Assembly (NCBI GenBank): GCA_002269645.1
Contig: NIVC01001902.1
Span: forward strand, 1 to 64,000
Direction of reading: 5' to 3'
From: Macrostomum lignano
Lineage: Eukaryota
Length of the DNA: 64,000 nucleotides
The translations under genes and the position numbers were made by a program. This document shows positions 1-22,010 of this stretch, piece by piece. Position 1 is the stretch's first letter. The number at the start of each line of letters is the position of its first letter. The notes beneath the pieces are model-generated. The model was given only the letters and a program-made list of their open reading frames with translations. It made no database searches and had not been told where the DNA came from.

Positions 1-201
1 GAGGACAACAGTCGCTACTGCATCTGCCACGACGTCTCGCACGGCGAGATGATCGCCTGCGAGAATCCCGCCTGCCCGTTTGAATGGTTCCACTTTGCCT
101 GCGTTGGATTGACGGTGGCGCCTAGGGGTCCTGGTACTGTCGAGGTGCAAGTCGGCCGGGGTGAAACCGGCAGCGGCTCAAGTGACCAAGCGGGAAGCTG
201 A
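1..201 (+). CDS. 3' end of ING-family (inhibitor of growth) gene, PHD finger; 5' part outside window; apparent 1-bp frameshifts at ~130, ~141 and possibly ~192-194
   Basis: Frame 1 reads [43 protein letters not shown] (ING PHD pattern YC-C..VSYGEMI-C-N..C..EWFHF-CVGL...PRG). Adding one C at 130-131 and one at 141 restores PWYCPRCK. TGA at 199-201; AATAAA at 230-235. Paralog not assignable. Confidence 0.85.
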   Translation, partial: EDNSRYCICHDVSHGEMIACENPACPFEWFHFACVGLTVAPRGPGTVEVQVGRGETGSGSSDQAGS

Positions 202-257
202 TTGGCCCAGTGCTTGTATAGTATTTTTAAATAAAGTTAGTCAGTTGCTAATAGGGT

Positions 258-296
258 GGGTTTGGACAGTCTGCAGGGCCAGACAGACTGGCAGAG

Positions 297-330
<34 letters not shown>

Positions 331-428
331 GGCAGACAGACTGGCAGAGAGACAGACAGATAGACAGACAGACAAACAGACAGGGCAGACAGACTGGCAG
401 ACAGACAGACAGGAGCAGACAGACTGGC

Positions 429-460
<32 letters not shown>

Positions 461-600
461 TGGCAGACAGACAGACAGACAGACAGACAAGCAGACAAGC
501 AGACAGAGAAACTAGGACACACTAAGAGAGACAGCCAGACGAAAAAAATTAAGGACTGGCAGACGTGAATATTTACATTACAGACAGACAGACACTGCGA
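258..600. repeat. (GACA)n microsatellite
   Basis: Direct inspection. Confidence 0.95.
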
Positions 601-1185
601 TGCACACTTAAATGTATTCTGTTACAAGCTATATTGTTTTAAATTGCTACAATAAGTATATTGTGGGCATTGAAGAATATTCAGTGATTTTATTTGGCTC
701 CGCAAGTTCTGTTGTGTTTTGTGTTCAGTGCATTATTCAGAAACATTGTACTGCAGACACTGTCTTAAAAGTACGTCACAGTTGTACTTTGATTAGATTT
801 GCATACCCTGCTGGCAATCATTGTGCTAATCAATTAATCAATAAGTTAAACTATATAATAATAACATTTGTTGCATTTTGCTCTTAATTTGTAGCTAGCT
901 AATGTACTCGTAATTCATATAAGTTGGCTGATTACAACTACTGTCCTAAAATATAAAATCTATTGTAAATTTCATAATTGTAATTGTATAGCTCTACTGT
1001 CTCCAATTTTCTCAGTCTCTCATGTTTTTGACTCTGTCTGAACTGAAAGTAAAGTTGAATTTTACGTAATTCGCTAGCATGACTACTAATTTGTCGGCGT
1101 TTGTTTACAAAATGATTATCCAAAATTGTTTATTGAAATCTTTTTTATTGAAAATTAGGCCTTAGTTAAGCTTAGTTGACCACTG

Positions 1186-1625
1186 AGAGTCATCCAGTGA
1201 ATCTCACTCAACCCCAGAGAGAGTCATCCAGTGAATCTCACTCAACCCCAGAGAGAGTCATCCAGTGAATCTCACTCAACCCAGAGAGAGTCATCCAGTG
1301 AATCTCACTCAACCCCAGAGAGAGTCATCCAGTGAATCTCACTCAACCATTGAGAATGAAGCAGTGAATCTCACTCAACCATTGAGAATGAAGCAGTGAA
1401 TCTCACTCAACCATTGAGAATGAAGCAGTGAATCTCACTCAACCATTGAGAGAATCACCCAGTGAATCTCACTCAACCATTGAGAATGAAGCAGTGAATC
1501 TCACTCAACCATTGAGAGAATCATCCAGTGAATCTCACTCAATCACTGAGAATCAAGCAGTGAATCTCACCCAATCCCTGAGAATCAAGCAGTGAATCTC
1601 ACCCAATCCCTGAGAATCAAGCAGT
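1186..1625. repeat. ~30-35 bp minisatellite (CAGTGAATCTCACTCAACC core)
   Basis: Direct inspection, more than 10 units. Confidence 0.9.
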
Positions 1626-1761
1626 GAAGCATATTTATCGCATCTTCCGGCTGGCAACGGCGGCCAGTCCAACCGGTGACACCGCCGCGGCGGCTGTCCC
1701 AAACTCTTCGCCGTCGTCTGTACGACAGCGTCGCTCTCCGCAGCACCGCAGTTCTCAACAG

Positions 1762-12736
<10,975 letters not shown>

Positions 12737-12747
12737 AGTGAAATTCT

Positions 12748-13645
12748 GACGATGAGATAGAATCCGATGAGATATAATCTGATGAGATATAATCTGATGA
12801 GATAGAATCTGATGAGATAGAATCTGATGAGATATAATCGGATGAGATAGAATCTGATGAGATATAATCGGATGAGATAGAATCTGATGAGATAGAATCC
12901 GATGAGATAGAATCTGATTAGATAGAATCCGATGAGATAGAATCTGATGAGATAGAATCTGATGAGATAGAATCTGATGAGATAGAATCCGATGAGATAG
13001 AATCCGATGAGATAGAATCTGATGAGATAGAATCCGATGAGATAGAATCTGATTAGATAGAATCCGATGAGATAGAATCTGATGAGATAGAATCCGATGA
13101 GATAGAATCTGATGAGATAGAATCCGATGAGATAGAATCTGATGAGATAGAATCTGATGAGATAGAATCTGATGAGATAGAATCCGATGAGATAGAATCC
13201 GATGAGATAGAATCTGATGAGATAGAATCTGATGAGATAGAATCCGATGAGATAGAATCTGATGAGATAGAATCCGATGAGATAGAATCTGATGAGATAG
13301 AATCTGATGAGATAGAATCCGATGAGATAGAATCTGATTAGATAGAATCCGATGAGATAGAATCTGATTAGATAGAATCCGATGAGATAGAATCTGATGA
13401 GATAGAATCCGATGAGATAGAATCTGATTAGATAGAATCCGATGAGATAGAATCTGATGAGATAGAATCCGATGAGATAGAATCTGATGAGATAGAATCC
13501 GATGAGATAGAATCTGATGAGATAGAATCTGATGAGATAGAATCTGATGAGATAGAATCCGATGAGATAGAATCCGATGAGATAGAATCTGATGAGATAG
13601 AATCTGATGAGATAGAATCCGATGAGATAGAATCCGTTGACAGAA
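12748..13645. repeat. 15-bp minisatellite (GATGAGATAGAATCY) starting just after the ACK stop codon
   Basis: About 60 units. Confidence 0.95.
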
Positions 13646-14299
13646 TCTCACAGACTGATAAATATGTAAGGATTATATGTGTGAAATATGTAATAGCGTT
13701 AGATATGCTTTTATTTCTCTCGCCCGCATTTGCTGATCAAAAATAGATTTGCAACTCTGCTTTCACAAGCGCCTATGTTCTTGCAATTGCGTGCGTGTGG
13801 GGTGGCGGTGCGTTCTCCAGCTTGCTAGCTGTCGTGGAGGACAAACTTTTACTCGTTATATTGTTGTCCGTTGGTTAATTATCAAACGGCATTTGTTGCA
13901 TATATTACTACTACTACTTGGCTATTATCAGTAGTCTGCATGAACGATGCAAGTGTAAAATGATAATTGCATGAAATTTTGCAACCCCCGCTATACAAAA
14001 TGCTGCTTTTATTACCTTCGTATTGAAACCTGTTTTTGCCTGGTGTTAAATGGGTCAGTCATTATCAACTATATGATATCTATTACTTAATTGCTACGAT
14101 TGTGCTTCTAATGACCAGATATCCAGATTAATTGCCAGAATACGCACCTGCTATGACCTAAATGGTAAAATGGTAAAAAATGTTAAATGGTAAAATTAAT
14201 AAACTGTGTAACGGAGTGGACCAGACTAAACTTTCCCATTCTCCACACTGAATACGGCTTTTTAACACTGCTGTTTCGTGCATTTTTTCGTGCATCTTC

Positions 14300-15620
14300 C
14301 CAACCCAGAAGAATCGTCCCCCCCCCCAACCCAGAAGAATCGCCCCCCCCCCAACCCATGAGAATCGCCCCCCCCCCAACCCAGAAGAATTGCCCCCCAC
14401 CCAACCCATGAGAATCACCCCCCAACCCAGAAGAATTGCCCCCACCCAACCCATGAGAATCGCCCCCCCCAACCCATGAGAATCGCCCCCCCAACCCAGA
14501 AGAATTGCCCCCACCCAACCCATGAGAATCGCCCCCCCCAACCCAGAAGAATTGCCCCCCACCCAACCCATGAGAATCGCCCCCCCCCAACCCATGAGAA
14601 TCGCCCCCCCCCAACCCAGAAGAATTGCCCCCACCCAACCCATGAGAATCGCCCCCCCCCCAACCCAGAAGAATTGCCCCCCACCCAACCCATGAGAATC
14701 GCCCCCCCCAACCCAGAAGAATTGCCCCCACCCAACCCATGAGAATCGCCCCCCCCAACCCAGAAGAATTGCCCCCCACCCAACCCATGAGAATCGCCTC
14801 CAACCCAGGAGAATCGCCCCCAACCCCAACCCAGGAGAATCGCCCCCAACCCCAACCCAGGAGAATCGCCCCCAACCCCAACCCAGGAGAATCGCCCCCA
14901 ACCCAGGAAAATCGCCTTCAACCCAGGAAAATCGCCTTCAACCCAGGAAAATCGCCTTCAACCCTGGAGAATCGCCCCCAACCCCAACCCAGGAGAATCG
15001 CCCCCCCAACCCCAACCCAGAAGAATCGCTCCCAAGCCAGGAGAATTGCCTTCAACCCAGGAGAATCGCCCCCAACCCAGGAGAATCGCCCCCCCCCCAA
15101 CCCCAACCCAGAAGAATCGCTCCCAAGCCAGGAGAATCGACCCAAGCCAGGAGAATCGCTCCCAAGCCAGGAGAATCGCCCCCCAACCCAGGAGAATCGC
15201 CCCAACCCAGGAGAATCGCCCCCAACCCCAACCCAGGAGAATCGCCCCCCAACCCCAACCCAGAAGAATCGCTCCCAAGCCAGGAGAATCGCCCCAAGCC
15301 AGGAGAATCGCCTTCAACCCAGGAGAATCGCCCCCCAACCCCAACCCAGAAGAATCGCTCCCAAGCCAGGAGAATCGCCCTCAAGCCAGGAGAATCGCCT
15401 TCAACCCAGGAGAATCGCCCCCCAACCCAAACCCAGAAGAATCGCTCCCAAGCCAGGAGAATCGCCTTCAACCCAGGAGAATCGCCCCCCCAACCCAGGA
15501 GAATCGCCCCCAACCCCAACCCAGAAGAATCGCTCCCAACCCAGAAGAATCGCACCCAAGCCAGGAGAATCGCCCCCAAGCCAGGAGAATTGCCCCCGAG
15601 AATCGCCCCCAACCCAGAAT
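14300..15620. repeat. ~20-bp C-rich minisatellite (CCAACCCAGGAGAATCGCC)
   Basis: Direct inspection. Confidence 0.92.
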
Positions 15621-15671
15621 TAATAATCTCCGCAGCCCATAAAATGGCGCCCACCCCATCGCAGCCCGAGC

Positions 15672-17910
15672 ATGACAACCGACTTAGCCAACAAGCCGGT
15701 CCAATTAAACGGCACTTCAAAAGACGCCGCTGATAAAACATCAAAGGATGCCGCCGCTGTCCCAGAAAATAAAGCTAATAATTGCGATGAGGCGCAGCAG
15801 CAGGAGGCTGAGTTCTACACTGATGCGGAGCGCTACTGGGCCACCGTGGAGGCCACCGAGGCTGGCATGATGGGCGGCAACGACAGCCTCGATGAGATCG
15901 AAATCTCTTCATCACGGATGTTCCTGACCAGAGCTGCCGAGCTGGCCGGGCTGAGGCAGCTCAACCGGGCTCTGGATTGCGGCTCCGGCATCGGCCGGGT
16001 TACCAAGAAGCTCCTGCTGCCGATGTTTGCCACGGTTGACATGGCCGAGGTGACGAGCCACTTCCTGGCCAAGTCCAGGGAGTACATTGGGGAGCCAGAT
16101 GCCTCCCGGGTGGGCGACAGTTCTACTGCGGCCTGCAGGTGAATGGGATGGCCGGGTTTTGATGGGAAGATTTGGGATTTTTTATGATTTGGGATTCTTG
16201 ATGAGGAAGATTTGGGATTTTTTATGGGAAGATTTGGGATTTTTGATGGCGAATATTTGGGATTTTTGATGGCGAAGATTTGGGATTTTTATGGGTAAAG
16301 ATTTTTATGGGGATGGTTTGGGATTTTTTTTGGGAAAGATGTGGGATTTTTTGGCGAAGATTTGGGATTTATTATGGCGAAGATTTGGGATTTTTGATGG
16401 GGAAGATTTGGGATTTTTATGGGGATGGTTTGGGATTTTTTATGGGGAAGATTTGGGATTTTTGGCGAAGATTTGGGATTTATTATGGCGAAGATTCGGG
16501 ATTTTTATGGGGATGATTTGGGATTTTTTATGGGGAAGATTTGGGATTTTTTATGGGGAAGATTTGAGATTTTTGATGGCGAAGATTTGGGATTTTTGAT
16601 GGCGAATATTTGGGATTTTTTATGGGGAATATTTGGGATTTTTTATGGGGAATATTTAGGATTTTTGATGGCGAAGATTTGGGATTTTTGATGGCGAAGA
16701 TTTGGGATTTTTTATGGGGAATATTTGGAATTTTTTATGGGGAATATTTGGGATTTTTGATGGCGAAGATTTGGGATTATGATGAGGAAGATTTGGGATT
16801 TTTGATGGGGAATATTTGGGATTTTTTATGGGGAATATTTGGGATTTTTTATGGGAATATTTGGGATTTTTTATGGGGAATATTTGGGATTTTTTATGGG
16901 GAATATTTGGGATTTTTGATGGCGAAGATTTGGGATTTTTGATGGCGAAGATTTGGGATTTTTTATGGGGAATATTTGGGATTTTTGATGGCGAAGATTT
17001 GGGATTATGATGAGGAAGATTTGGGATTTTTGATGGGAAGATTTGGGATTTTTGATGGGGAATATTTGATTTGTTTATGTCGAGGATTTGGGATTTTTAT
17101 GAGATTTTTTAGATTTTTTGATAGTGGAGATTAAAGATTTTTCCATAAGGAAAATTTGGGATTTTTTATGGAAATATTTGGGATTTTTTATGGAAATAAT
17201 TGGGATTTTTATATCCTGGCAAATTAGAAATGTTTCGATGGAGATGATTTGAGATTTTTGATTGCGAGATTATAAAATTTTTGTTGAGAAGATTTTGGGT
17301 TTATGTACGAGTGAGTAAAAGATTGAACTCGTCGATGGGAAGTAAGATCGTGGGATATTTGGTGGAATTTCTAAAGAGCGGCTATTAGAAACTTTGATGA
17401 TGGTTGAAGGTTAGGTTTGAATATACATATATCAACCAGTCACTTGATAATTTCGAAGATTTCCTAATTTATAAACGCAAAATTATTTTATTGCTACTCT
17501 TAGTAGAGTAAATTGAAAATGCATTGAACGAAATAAATTAAACTCTATTAATTAATTACCCGCAGGACCTGACATTCCCAGCCGAGACCCGCTACGACCT
17601 GGTCTGGGTTCAGTGGGTCATCGGCCATCTGCGCGACGCTCATCTGGTGGACTTTCTGCGCCGAGCCGCCGCCTCGCTCAGCCCCTGCGGCATGATCGGC
17701 GTCAAGGACAATGTCATCACCGCCCGGGACGACTCCGAGTACGACTTTGACGAGCAGGACAGCAGCGTCTGCCGGCCGCGGCGCTCCCTGCTGAACCTGT
17801 TCAACCAGGCCGGCCTGATCGTCCTGCTGGAGGAGACTCAGGAGGGCTTCCCGGATGCCCTGTACCCGGTGCTGTCCTTCGCTCTGGTGCCCAAGGGCCG
17901 CTGCGTTTGA
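15672..17910 (+). CDS. NTMT1: N-terminal Xaa-Pro-Lys methyltransferase (NTMT1/METTL11A-like); exons 15672-16138 and 17566-17910; apparent 1-bp deletion at ~16118-16120
   Basis: FYTDAERYW, GMMGG, ALDCGSGIGRVTKKLLLP, VWVQWVIGHL, IGVKDNV, DEQDSSVCR. The expected FYCGLQ|D is present one base out of frame just before the GT donor at 16139; acceptor CGCAG at 17561-17565. Confidence 0.92.
16160..17240. repeat. ~22-bp G/T-rich minisatellite in the NTMT1 intron (GAAGATTTGGGATTTTT)
   Basis: Direct inspection. Confidence 0.9.
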
Positions 17911-18400
17911 CACTGTTTGAGTGTCAGACTGTTTGAGTGTCAGACTGTATGAGTGTCAGACTGTTTGAGTGTCAGACTGTTTGAGTGTCAGACTGTATGA
18001 GTGTCAGACTGTTTGAGTGTCAGACTGTTTGAGTGTCAGACTGTTTGAGTGGCAGACTGCTTGAGTGTCAGACTGTTTGAGTGTCAGACTGTTTGAGTGT
18101 CAGACTGTTTGAGTGTCAGACTGTATGAGTGTCAGACTGTTTGAGTGTCAGACTGTTTGAGTGTCAGACTGTTTGAGTGGCAGACTGCTTGAGTGTCAGA
18201 CTGTTTGAGTGTCAGACTGAGTCTCAGACGACTGTTTAAGTGTCAGACTGAGTGTCAGACTGTTTTAAGTGTCAGACTGCTTTTAAGTGTCAGACTGTTT
18301 TCAGGTGTCAGACTGAGCGTCAGACTGAGTGTCAGACTGTTTTTAAGCGTCAGACTGAGTGTCAGACTGTTTTTAAGCGTCAGACTGCCTCAGTGTCTGT
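17910..18400. repeat. 16-bp minisatellite (CAGACTGTTTGAGTGT) directly after the NTMT1 stop
   Basis: Direct inspection. Confidence 0.92.
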
Positions 18401-18737
18401 CTGTCTGTCTGTCTTTATCTATCCCTGTTTATCTGTTCTATATTTGTTCTCCTAAATATACTCGTATAAATGCGCTGCCTGTTACAAGCTCATCTTGTTC
18501 CTTGATTGCTTACCTTAATGTAAGTTTTTATGTAATGCATTTCGTTCTGTTTGCGCTGTCGTTTTAGCGCTGAAGGCAGTGACTTTGTTTACGCAACTTC
18601 CTCTCTTAGTTTTTGTTTGTTACTTCTTTCTGATCTCTATAACGTATTTATCAGAGGAGCCCATAAATTATTAAAGAATTCCCTATTATAACTTGCCGCA
18701 AGCCTTCATGCAGTAACAACCTCTTTAAGGATCGCCA

Positions 18738-18920
18738 CCCACCAATCACAAACCATTCCAAAACTACAAACCAATCAGAAACCATCCTATAAACCGCCAA
18801 CCAATCAGAAACCATCCTATAAACCGCCAGCAAATCAGAAACCGTCAACCAATCAAAAACCGTCCTGAGAAGCGCCAAACAATCAGAAACCTCCCTTTAG
18901 ACCGCCAACCAATCAAAAAC
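18738..18920 (+). promoter_or_regulatory. Array of CCAAT-box-like motifs (AACCAATCAGAA), ~30-40 bp spacing, upstream of the PCS-like ATG
   Basis: Five to seven exact or near-exact copies 60-240 bp upstream of ATG 18980; function inferred only. Confidence 0.4.
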
Positions 18921-18979
18921 AATCTACCTGGTAAAATTTGTCATCCAATCGGCAGCCACTTGAGAAAATCTCTCATTGC

Positions 18980-19963
18980 ATGTCATCCGACCGCTTGCTG
19001 GTGACCTTTCTGGACAGCGACGAAGGCCGACGCCGCCTCTTGGAAGCGTCGCCAATTCGTCCTGCCACGGTTGAAGGATTCTGCAAGAAGCTGCGCTGCG
19101 CCAGCTGCGGCATGGCCTCGATTTCGCTGGTGATGCGGGCGCAGACTGGGGATCAGGTGACCTATGCTGAAGACTTCATCTACGACAGGTTTGTTTGTAC
19201 GAAAAATGCAGATAACCGGACGTAATCAAACTGCAGATAACCGGAAGTAATAAAAATGTAGATAACCGGAAGTAATCAAAAATGCAGATAACCAGAAGTA
19301 ATCAAACTAGATTACCGGAAGTAATCAAACTGTAGATTACCGGAAGTAATCAAACTGCAGATAACTGGAAGTAATAAAAATGTAGATAACCGGAAGTAAT
19401 AAAAAAAGTAGATAACCGGAAGTAATAAAAATGTAGATAACTGGAAGTAATAAAAATGTAGATAACTGGAAGTAATAAAAATGTAGATAACTGGAAGTAA
19501 TAAAAATGTAGATAACCGGTAGTAATAAAAAAGTAGATAACCGGAAGTTAATCAAATCTCAATTCCCAGACTCTCCGACATCAAACCACTGTCTGATTTG
19601 GATCAGCGCGGCATGACAGCCGACGATGTGGCCGCCTGCCTGCTGCGTCTCGGCGCCGCCGCCTCGGTGCGGCGTCCTGGCAGCGCCGACGAGCTCCGCG
19701 ATCTGGCTCTGACTCGCCTGGCTCAAGAGTCATCGTCTATCATTGCCAATTTCCATCTGAAAAGCTTGGGCTTTCCCTCCGAATGGGGTCACCTGTCCCC
19801 TGTGGCAGCCTACCATCGCGACTCAGACAGTGTGCTCATAATGGACAATGACCCCAAGCCTAACGACCCCTTCTGGGTCACCATGCAGGACCTCTACGAA
19901 TCGATGCGGCCAGCGGACCCGGAATCTGGACTGCCCAGAGGACTCATTTTGGCGGAGTTTTAA
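18980..19963 (+). CDS. Single-domain phytochelatin-synthase-like papain-fold enzyme, 200 aa; exons 18980-19188 and 19570-19963
   Basis: GT-AG phase-2 intron joins a 603-nt ORF. Motifs SDEG..LL, C43-GMAS, GMT-DD, G-H144-LSPVAAY, LIM-D162, WV...DLY-SM...D..SG..RG match the PCS catalytic domain; His-Asp spacing of 18 as in AtPCS1/NsPCS. Confidence 0.85.
19205..19555. repeat. ~25-bp minisatellite (TAGATAACCGGAAGTAATAAAAATG) filling the PCS-like intron
   Basis: About 14 units. Confidence 0.92.
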
Positions 19964-20309
19964 CCAAAGTCTACCGATATGTTGTGTAGTTAATTTTATG
20001 AACGTTTTATGACTATTGTGCCTGTCTACATATTTCAATAGGAAGCCTTTTACTTGTCTTAAAGTATAATGCAGTCGAACTTATACTTTGAAAAAATATA
20101 AAACGCACATTTTCTACTTTAAGTAGCTTCATGAATTTGTATATTAAGCGAATGTCGACATTACCGAAAAACAAACTGGCTTTTGTTTGATTGACAGCTC
20201 AGATTCCGAAATTTCTTCATTATCGACACAGATGAAAGCCAGAAGTGCTGACTGTATATGCGCCATGTGCTCATGGCGAGATTTGAAACTGGTGATATAA
20301 TATATGGGT

Positions 20310-21760
20310 GAGATTCGGAACCAATTATCTCATGTGTGAGATTTGGAACTAATTATCTCATCTCATGGGTGATATTCGGAATCAATCATCTCATGGGTGA
20401 TATTCGGAACCAAATCATCTCATAGGTGATATTCGGAACCAATCATCTCATCTCATGGGTGATATTCGGAACCAAATCATCTCATAGGTGATATTCGGAA
20501 CCAATCATCTCATCTCATGGGTGATATTCGGAACCAAATCATCTCATAGGTGATATTCGGAACCAATCATCTCATGGGTGAGATTCGGAACCAATTATCT
20601 CATCTCATGGGTGATATTCGGAACCAATCATCTCATCTCATGGGTGATATTCGGAACCAAATCATCTCATCTCATGGGTGATATTCGGAACCAAATCATC
20701 TCATAGGTGATATTCGGAACCAATCATCTCATCTCATGGGTGATATTCGGAACCAAATCATCTCATAGGTGATATTCGGAACCAATCATCTCATGGGTGA
20801 GATTCGGAACCAATTATCTCATCTCATGGGTGAGATTCGGAACCAATTATCTCATCTCATGGGTGATATTCGGAACCAAATCATCTCATAGGTGATATTC
20901 GGAACCAAATCATCTCATAGGTGAGATTCGGAACCAATTATCTCATCTCATGGGTGATATTCGGAACCAATCATCTCATCTCATGGGTGATATTCGGAAC
21001 CAAATCATCTCATAGGTGATATTCGGAACCAATCATCTCATGGGTGAGATTCGGAACCAATTATCTCATCTCATGGGTGATATTCGGAACCAATCATCTC
21101 ATCTCATGGGTGATATTCGGAACCAAATCATCTCATCTCATGGGTGATATTCGGAACCAAATCATCTCATAGGTGATATTCGGAACCAATCATCTCATCT
21201 CATGGGTGATATTCGGAACCAAATCATCTCATAGGTGATATTCGGAACCAATCATCTCATGGGTGAGATTCGGAACCAATTATCTCATCTCATGGGTGAG
21301 ATTCGGAACCAATTATCTCATCTCATGGGTGATATTCGGAACCAAATCATCTCATAGGTGATATTCGGAACCAAATCATCTCATAGGTGAGATTCGGAAC
21401 CAATTATCTCATCTCATGGGTGATATTCGGAACCAATCATCTCATCTCATGGGTGATATTCGGAACCAAATCATCTCATCTCATGGGTGATATTCGGAAC
21501 CAAATCATCTCATAGGTGATATTCGGAACCAATCATCTCATCTCATGGGTGATATTCGGAACCAAATCATCTCATGGGTGAGATTCGGAACCAATTATCT
21601 CATCTCATGGGTGAGATTCGGAACCAATTATCTCATCTCATGGGTGATATTCGGAACCAAATCATCTCATAGGTGATATTCGGAACCAAATCATCTCATA
21701 GGTGACATTCGGAACTAATTATATTAAATCATCTCATCACATAGGTGACATTCGGAAATA
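20310..21760. repeat. 28-33 bp minisatellite (GGTGATATTCGGAACCAATCATCTCAT)
   Basis: Direct inspection. Confidence 0.93.
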
Positions 21761-22010
21761 ATTATCTCATCTCGTGGAATTTCATCCGTGGCAGTCGTAC
21801 AGTTGGATTGCGAACAGCTATAAATTGGATTTCAAAGTCCGTTCATCCTCTTGCTATTGGTGCCAACACCCGATTGGCTGATCGAACCCCGTTCCGGTGC
21901 GGAAACTTACAAACTTCCCATCTCCGAGCTTCTTCAATAAGTCGGCAGTTCCCCAGCTATTCTGTTGAAATTTTTCATTTGAATTTGTCGTCGCCCACTC
22001 GTTCGACGAA

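Noticed and set aside
12748-13645. CTGATGA in the 15-bp repeat as hammerhead cores or C/D snoRNA boxes
   Set aside because: No stem II, GAAA or NUH geometry; the motif is just part of the repeat unit
18975-18982. ATTGCATG at the PCS-like start resembling a spliced-leader 3' end (retrocopy signature)
   Set aside because: Only 8 nt, my recollection of the SL sequence is unverified, and the gene has an intron
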